Shown here in pieces: positions 60,501 through 64,000 of a stretch of 64,000 bases of DNA. The position numbers and the translations under genes were made by a program. The DNA lies in the NCBI GenBank assembly GCA_963737265.1, contig CAVTRY010000011.1:320001-384000 (forward strand), written 5' to 3'. The stretch comes from an uncultured delta proteobacterium. Lineage in GTDB: Bacteria > Myxococcota_A > Polyangia > Fen-1088. The notes under the pieces are model-generated. The model ran no database searches and was not told the origin of the DNA. It saw only the letters and a list, made by a program, of their open reading frames with translations. Each line of letters begins with the position of its first letter. Positions within the stretch are counted from its first letter, which is position 1.

Positions 60501-60917
60501 GTAGCCGCTGCCGGCCCGGCCCCCGAACAGCACGAACTTGTTGCGTGTGGAATCGAAAACCAATCCGGCCCCCGATCTGCCCGCCGGCTTGGTTCCGGCC
60601 GGGGTTCTATCCGTCCACGCGCCGGTCGTCGGCGACCACTCCCACAATTCCTGTCGTGGCGTGGGCGAGGCGTTGCTGGGCACCGCAAGGCCACCAAACA
60701 TGACCAGGACTTTGCGGGTTTCGTCGAAGGCCGCCGATTGCAAATAGCGTTCGTCGGGAGAGTTGCTTGCGCCGACCTTGTTCCAGGTGGCGACCTCGCT
60801 GGCCGGGACCTTACCTAGCGCCTGGCGTGGTGAGACTGGCTTCGTCGTCGGCGGATCGGCCTGCGTGCAGGTCGCAAGAAATAGAAGCGAGGCGAGTGCG
60901 CCATTGCGTGGTTTCAT
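57594..60917 (-). CDS. Kelch-repeat, Cys-rich surface protein with MYXO-CTERM-like anchor
   Basis: About 12 'LFGG...DTWEWD' blades, CASG.C..GVCC repeats, and an SGCGCS-TM-RRR tail. Confidence 0.85.
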   Translation of the reverse strand: MKPRNGALASLLFLATCTQADPPTTKPVSPRQALGKVPASEVATWNKVGASNSPDERYLQSAAFDETRKVLVMFGGLAVPSNASPTPRQELWEWSPTTGAWTDRTPAGTKPAGRSGAGLVFDSTRNKFVLFGGRAGSGYNYQDTWEWDPTTGAWTDRTTAGTVPSSRCQGSMVFEKSTGKVLLFGGGRSTNGDTSGLSMSLSFGDTWEWDATTGAWSQQTVTAGPAGRYDASMVWDSTRNLAVLFGGMQKDDATVDGIPKQDTWEWDPAAGTWNERTATGTKPSPRWGQAAAFEGSRGKLVVFGGWDVNTGGYLDDLWDWDPTTAAWTQRLTGTEANLPSPRIYASLVSNDSAGRLELVAGMVNSTTYFGGYGTGGYYYGGAGGAVTYLPILPPIIVGPGGYYTNVASKEVWELEPVTPAFTNRSAALNSPGRLTDHAMAYCPDTGKVYLFGGLDNTYVVHDNLWEWDGTKWSEVTADAKPPARMDAGLAYDPARKSLILFGGQNIYSSYSASVYSDTWEWNSTTRKWTQLFPTIMPDARFGHGMVTDTARNKILLFGGMTQNNSIYGYPGFPTTGIYQDPLRNDVWEWDGSKSTWTNRTPPATSSSPSTREFPIMAYDEGRQKIFLFDGTTTSKLPPYIGGTSGSAFWEWDPTSTGWVLRDSGDYLDYNTSAYVTYDSVRRREVFYTDAVNPVISSAASRETWELDAKGPTWYVRNLATVPSSRANAALAFDKGRGVVVMYGGNTNGLSTDETWEYSVTNLGNGEGCSSASASLCASGNCVEGVCCGSATCAGACQSCNVSGQEGTCVAAAAGTEVAGSCSSGQACDGKGACKTMNGTACTSASTCASGFCADGVCCNTACNGQCLSCDQAGLAGRCSAYKAGTDPEKECGLSTGVCGATCDGVGACAYPAYGSSCGGCSVCDGMGTCFVSGYSPYCNTGGSGGYVYPTGGYVYPTGGYVYPTGGYVYPTGGYVYPTGGYVYPTGGTNITGTTYVVGGTTFIASGGTTWVVTGGSTHAAGGAYATGGVGGGKGGAGGGLGGIPTGGSGGTLAGTSTGTGGATHLRNSGCGCSLGQAAPGLGTTLTFSLALGAIALFWRGRRRARKQ
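57957..58082. repeat. Perfect 21-bp coding tandem repeat x6 (YVYPTGG)
   Basis: GCCGCCAGTGGGATAGACATA repeated six times with no spacers. Confidence 0.95.
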
Positions 60918-60952
60918 GTTGGTCTCCTCTAATGAAAGTAGGTTCAGTTGAA

Positions 60953-60968
60953 AGCAAAGGGCACGCCA
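60953..60968 (-). promoter_or_regulatory. Probable sigma54 promoter
   Basis: TGGCGTGCCCTTTGCT (GG-N10-GC) 35 bp upstream of the kelch gene ATG. Confidence 0.55.
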
Positions 60969-61426
60969 CGTCGAAGGACGCAAAGGGCGACCTCCGGCGG
61001 ACTTCCCTGGTGAAAATTCAGATACGGACCGACAGTTGTGTCGCGCTTGCGTCTTTGCGACGACAACCGGCGGGTCGCTCCTCATCATCTCCAGCGCCAC
61101 GGCGGTGCAGTCTATCAGCTTTGCCTAAAACACAAGCGGTGTCACCTTCAACGCCATCGTCGCGACTAGCAGGCGTGCAGAAACTCGGAGCCGAAAAAAT
61201 AGCGCCCTCTCGTTGACTCGTGAACTAATCACGAGGAAAAAATGCGAACATAGTGTTGCTGGCAGCTGGCAAATGGATTCTCAAGTCCGCCGCAGTCGCG
61301 GCTTGGGCTCCGGCCTCGTTCTGGTGACGCTGGTCACGCTCGCGCCTTCGTCCGCCGCCACCCGCGGCGTACTTCAGGGCGCCGCGTGGAATTGCGGCGC
61401 CGACGAATACACGCCATAAGAAGGAC

Positions 61427-62557
61427 ATGGCAAATCTGCTCTTTTCGTCGTTTCGCATCGGCAACTTGCAGCTCGAGAACCGCCTGGTATCGCTGCCGCT
61501 CTACCTGGCCTATCCCGACGTTGATCACCAGGTGAACGCTCTCGTCCTCGACTATTACGCTGAAATGGCCGCCTCCGGCGTGGGCCTCGTGGTGGTGGAA
61601 AACGCGACCGTTGCGCCCTGCGGGCTCTGCAATCCGCGTACGCTGCTGACTGCGGACGAGAATGGGGACGAAAGGTTCGTTCCTGGTTTGACCCGCCTAG
61701 CGGAGACGATTCACCGGAACGGCGCCAAGGCGGTGCTCCAAATTCATCACGCCGGCCGCTACGCCAAGCGACCCGATCGCGTGGCGCCGTCCGCGGTCCC
61801 AACCTGGGGCGCCGTGCCCAAGGCCATGGACGACGCCGACATCGCGAACACCATCGCCGCATTTGCGGTGGGCGCTCGCCACGCGCACGCGGCCGGCTTC
61901 GATGCGGTCGAGTTGCACGGTGGAACCGGATATCTGCTGCCGCAATTTCTTTCGCCGAGAACCAACTTGCGCCAGGACGCGTACGGCGGCGACCCCGAAC
62001 GGCGCATGCGTTTTCCCCTTGAGGTCGTGACCGCAGTTCGCAAGGCGGTCGGCGACGACTATCCCGTTGGCTACCGTTTTCTCGCCGACGAATACGTCCC
62101 GGGCGGCTTGACCTTGGCGGACACCGTTCCGTTCGCCAAACGCCTCGCCCAGCACGGCATCGCGTACTTGTCGGTCATGACCGGCTGCTACGACTCGTTC
62201 GCGCTGCCGGCTTACGTCGACGATGATCGTAAGGAGGCGTTCATGGTGCCCTTCGCGCATGCGATCAAGCAGGCGGTGCCGAATCTGCCGATCATCGCCG
62301 CCGGCCGCATCCAGAGCCCGGCCATCGCTCTTGCCGTGCTTCGCGACGGCAAGGCCGACTTGGTCGGCTTGGCGAGAGTCCTTTTCGCCGATCCGCTGTG
62401 GCCGCGCAAAGCCCGCGGCGAGATCGCCCTCGGCATCAATCCCTGCCAGGAATCCTGCACCCTGTGCACCCGGCGCATCGTGGAGCAGAAACCGGCGTAT
62501 TGCGCACGCTGGACAGAAGATCGCCGTCAGCAGTTTCTCACGCGCGTCGGCGGCTGA
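61427..62557 (+). CDS. NADH:flavin oxidoreductase (Old Yellow Enzyme family)
   Basis: LENRLV, LQIHHAGR, AGFDAVELHGGTGYL..QFLSP.TN.R.D.YGG and ADLVGLAR; C-terminal C..SC..C..C cluster. Confidence 0.9.
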   Translation: MANLLFSSFRIGNLQLENRLVSLPLYLAYPDVDHQVNALVLDYYAEMAASGVGLVVVENATVAPCGLCNPRTLLTADENGDERFVPGLTRLAETIHRNGAKAVLQIHHAGRYAKRPDRVAPSAVPTWGAVPKAMDDADIANTIAAFAVGARHAHAAGFDAVELHGGTGYLLPQFLSPRTNLRQDAYGGDPERRMRFPLEVVTAVRKAVGDDYPVGYRFLADEYVPGGLTLADTVPFAKRLAQHGIAYLSVMTGCYDSFALPAYVDDDRKEAFMVPFAHAIKQAVPNLPIIAAGRIQSPAIALAVLRDGKADLVGLARVLFADPLWPRKARGEIALGINPCQESCTLCTRRIVEQKPAYCARWTEDRRQQFLTRVGG

Positions 62558-62599
62558 AGCGATACCAAATGGCAGGGCAGTCAAACGGTCCGACAGCGT

Positions 62600-63865
62600 T
62601 TGTATGTATCTGGTGGGCCAGACCAAGGTCATCCAATGCAACATTCGCGACATCACCGAGCGCAAGCGCACCGAGGAGGAGCGCAGTAGGAAGGCTTGAA
62701 CGGCAGCTCCAGGTGTCTCAAAAGATGGAGGCCATCGGCATGCCTCGCGGGCGGCGTAGCGCACGACTTCAACAATCTGCTTTCCGTGATCCTAAGCTAC
62801 ACCGAGTTCGCCATGCTGGATCTACGCGAGGGCGACCCGCTCAAGGACGATCTCCTTGAGGTGAAGAAAGGCCGGCGATCGGGCGGCCGTGCTGACCCGG
62901 CAGCTCCTGGCCTTTGGCCGCAAGCAGTGCTGCAGCCCGTGTCCGCTGAATCTGAATCAGGTTGCCGAGGGAATCGAGAAGATGCTTCGGCGGATCCTCG
63001 GCGAGGACATCGACTTCGTCCAGGTCCTTGCGCCCGACCTCGGCGTGGTGCGAGCCGATCCGGGCCAGATCGAGCAAGTGCTGATGAATTTGGTGGTCAA
63101 TGCTCGCGACGCCATGTCCGAGGGAGGCAAGCTGACCATCGAGACATCGAACGCGAATCTCGATGAGGAATTCACCGCGCACCACGTGGCGGTCGTACCC
63201 GGCCCCTACGTCCGGCTCGCCGTAACGGACACCGGTTGCGGCATGGGCGAGCAGACCAAGGCGCAACTCTTCGAGCCGTTCTTCACCACCAAGGAGAAGG
63301 GCAAGGGGACCGGACTCGGACTGTCTACCGTGTACGGCATCGTCAAACAGAGCGGTGGCAACATCTGGGTCCACAGCCGAGCAGCGCCTGGGCACGACGT
63401 TCAAGATCTATTTTCTGCGGGAATTCTCGCTCAAAGTGACGTCCACCCGACTGTCAGCCATCCTGCAGCCAGCTACGGGGGAACGGAAACCATCCTGGTG
63501 GTCGAGGACGAAGAGGCGATGCGGAAGGTGGCGATGCGATCCCTTGAGGCGGCCGGCTACAAGGTCCTGGTCGCCGCGGGTGGCGACGAGGCGCTGCGGA
63601 TCGCAGCGGAGCACGCTGGCCACATCCATCTCCTTCTCGCCGACATGGTCATGCCGAGGATGAGCGGCAGAGCCCTGGCGCAAGAATTTCGAAGACGCAT
63701 CGGACCGCCAAGGTCATGTACATGTCGGGCTACACCGGCAATGCATTCGCGGACGCCGGCGGCGTCGAGGAAGGAACGCATTTCATCGCCAAGCCCTTTA
63801 CCGCAAGCGACCTGGCGCACAAGGTTCGCCAGGTTTTGGACTGCGGCAGCGACGAGGCACCCTGA
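62600..63865 (+). pseudogene. 5'-truncated, multiply frameshifted PAS-HisKA-HATPase-REC hybrid kinase
   Basis: VIQCNIRDITERK, LAGGVAHDFNNLL, NLVVNARDAM, FEPFFTTK, GTGLGL, VVEDE and KPF are spread over several frames; no N-terminus is visible. Confidence 0.8.
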
Positions 63866-63889
63866 CGTGCGCGCGAAAGCTTGCAACCG

Positions 63890-64000
63890 TCACGTCGCGC
63901 CTTCTCCTCGCCAGGCACCGAGCGCGATACACAGAGCGCCGACGACAAACGAGTAGTAGTTGCAGAACGCCTGCTTGTTGAACGCGAAGAACGCGAAGAA
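63890..64000 (-). CDS. 3' end of a membrane protein (GT-C/GT87-like)
   Basis: FFAFFAFNKQAFCNYYSFVVGAL...*; partial gene. Confidence 0.5.
   Translation of the reverse strand, partial: FFAFFAFNKQAFCNYYSFVVGALCIALGAWRGEGAT

Overview
High-GC window that most likely comes from a myxobacterium (Polyangia-like); this is inferred from Gly/Thr-rich lipoprotein linkers and a MYXO-CTERM-like tail. From left to right it holds: a grpE-Hsp70-large hypothetical-(probable J-domain) operon, two secreted CAZyme lipoproteins, a sigma54 regulator, an SMI1/KNR4-TPR protein, egtBD, an ECF sigma/SRPBCC module, an intact IS21 element with a 7-bp target duplication, a zf-UBP/cNMP-TrxB pair and tRNA-Gly(CCC). Next is a ~21-kb type 2 BREX (Pgl-like) defence locus (pglW-pglX-pglY-pglZ-brxD-brxHI) with four extra genes built into the operon. 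After it come an ECF41 module, an 11-gene type II FAS/aryl-polyene-like lipid cluster with a B12 radical SAM enzyme, a kelch/Cys-rich surface protein, an OYE flavoenzyme and a broken hybrid kinase. Six otherwise intact reading frames or frame segments are interrupted by single-base insertions. Four of these, plus a tRNA T-loop anomaly, fall on the same GCTCGA(A)C word, which may be a sequencing-error footprint of DNA methylation, possibly by the resident PglX. Product calls rest on recognised motifs only; no database searches were run.
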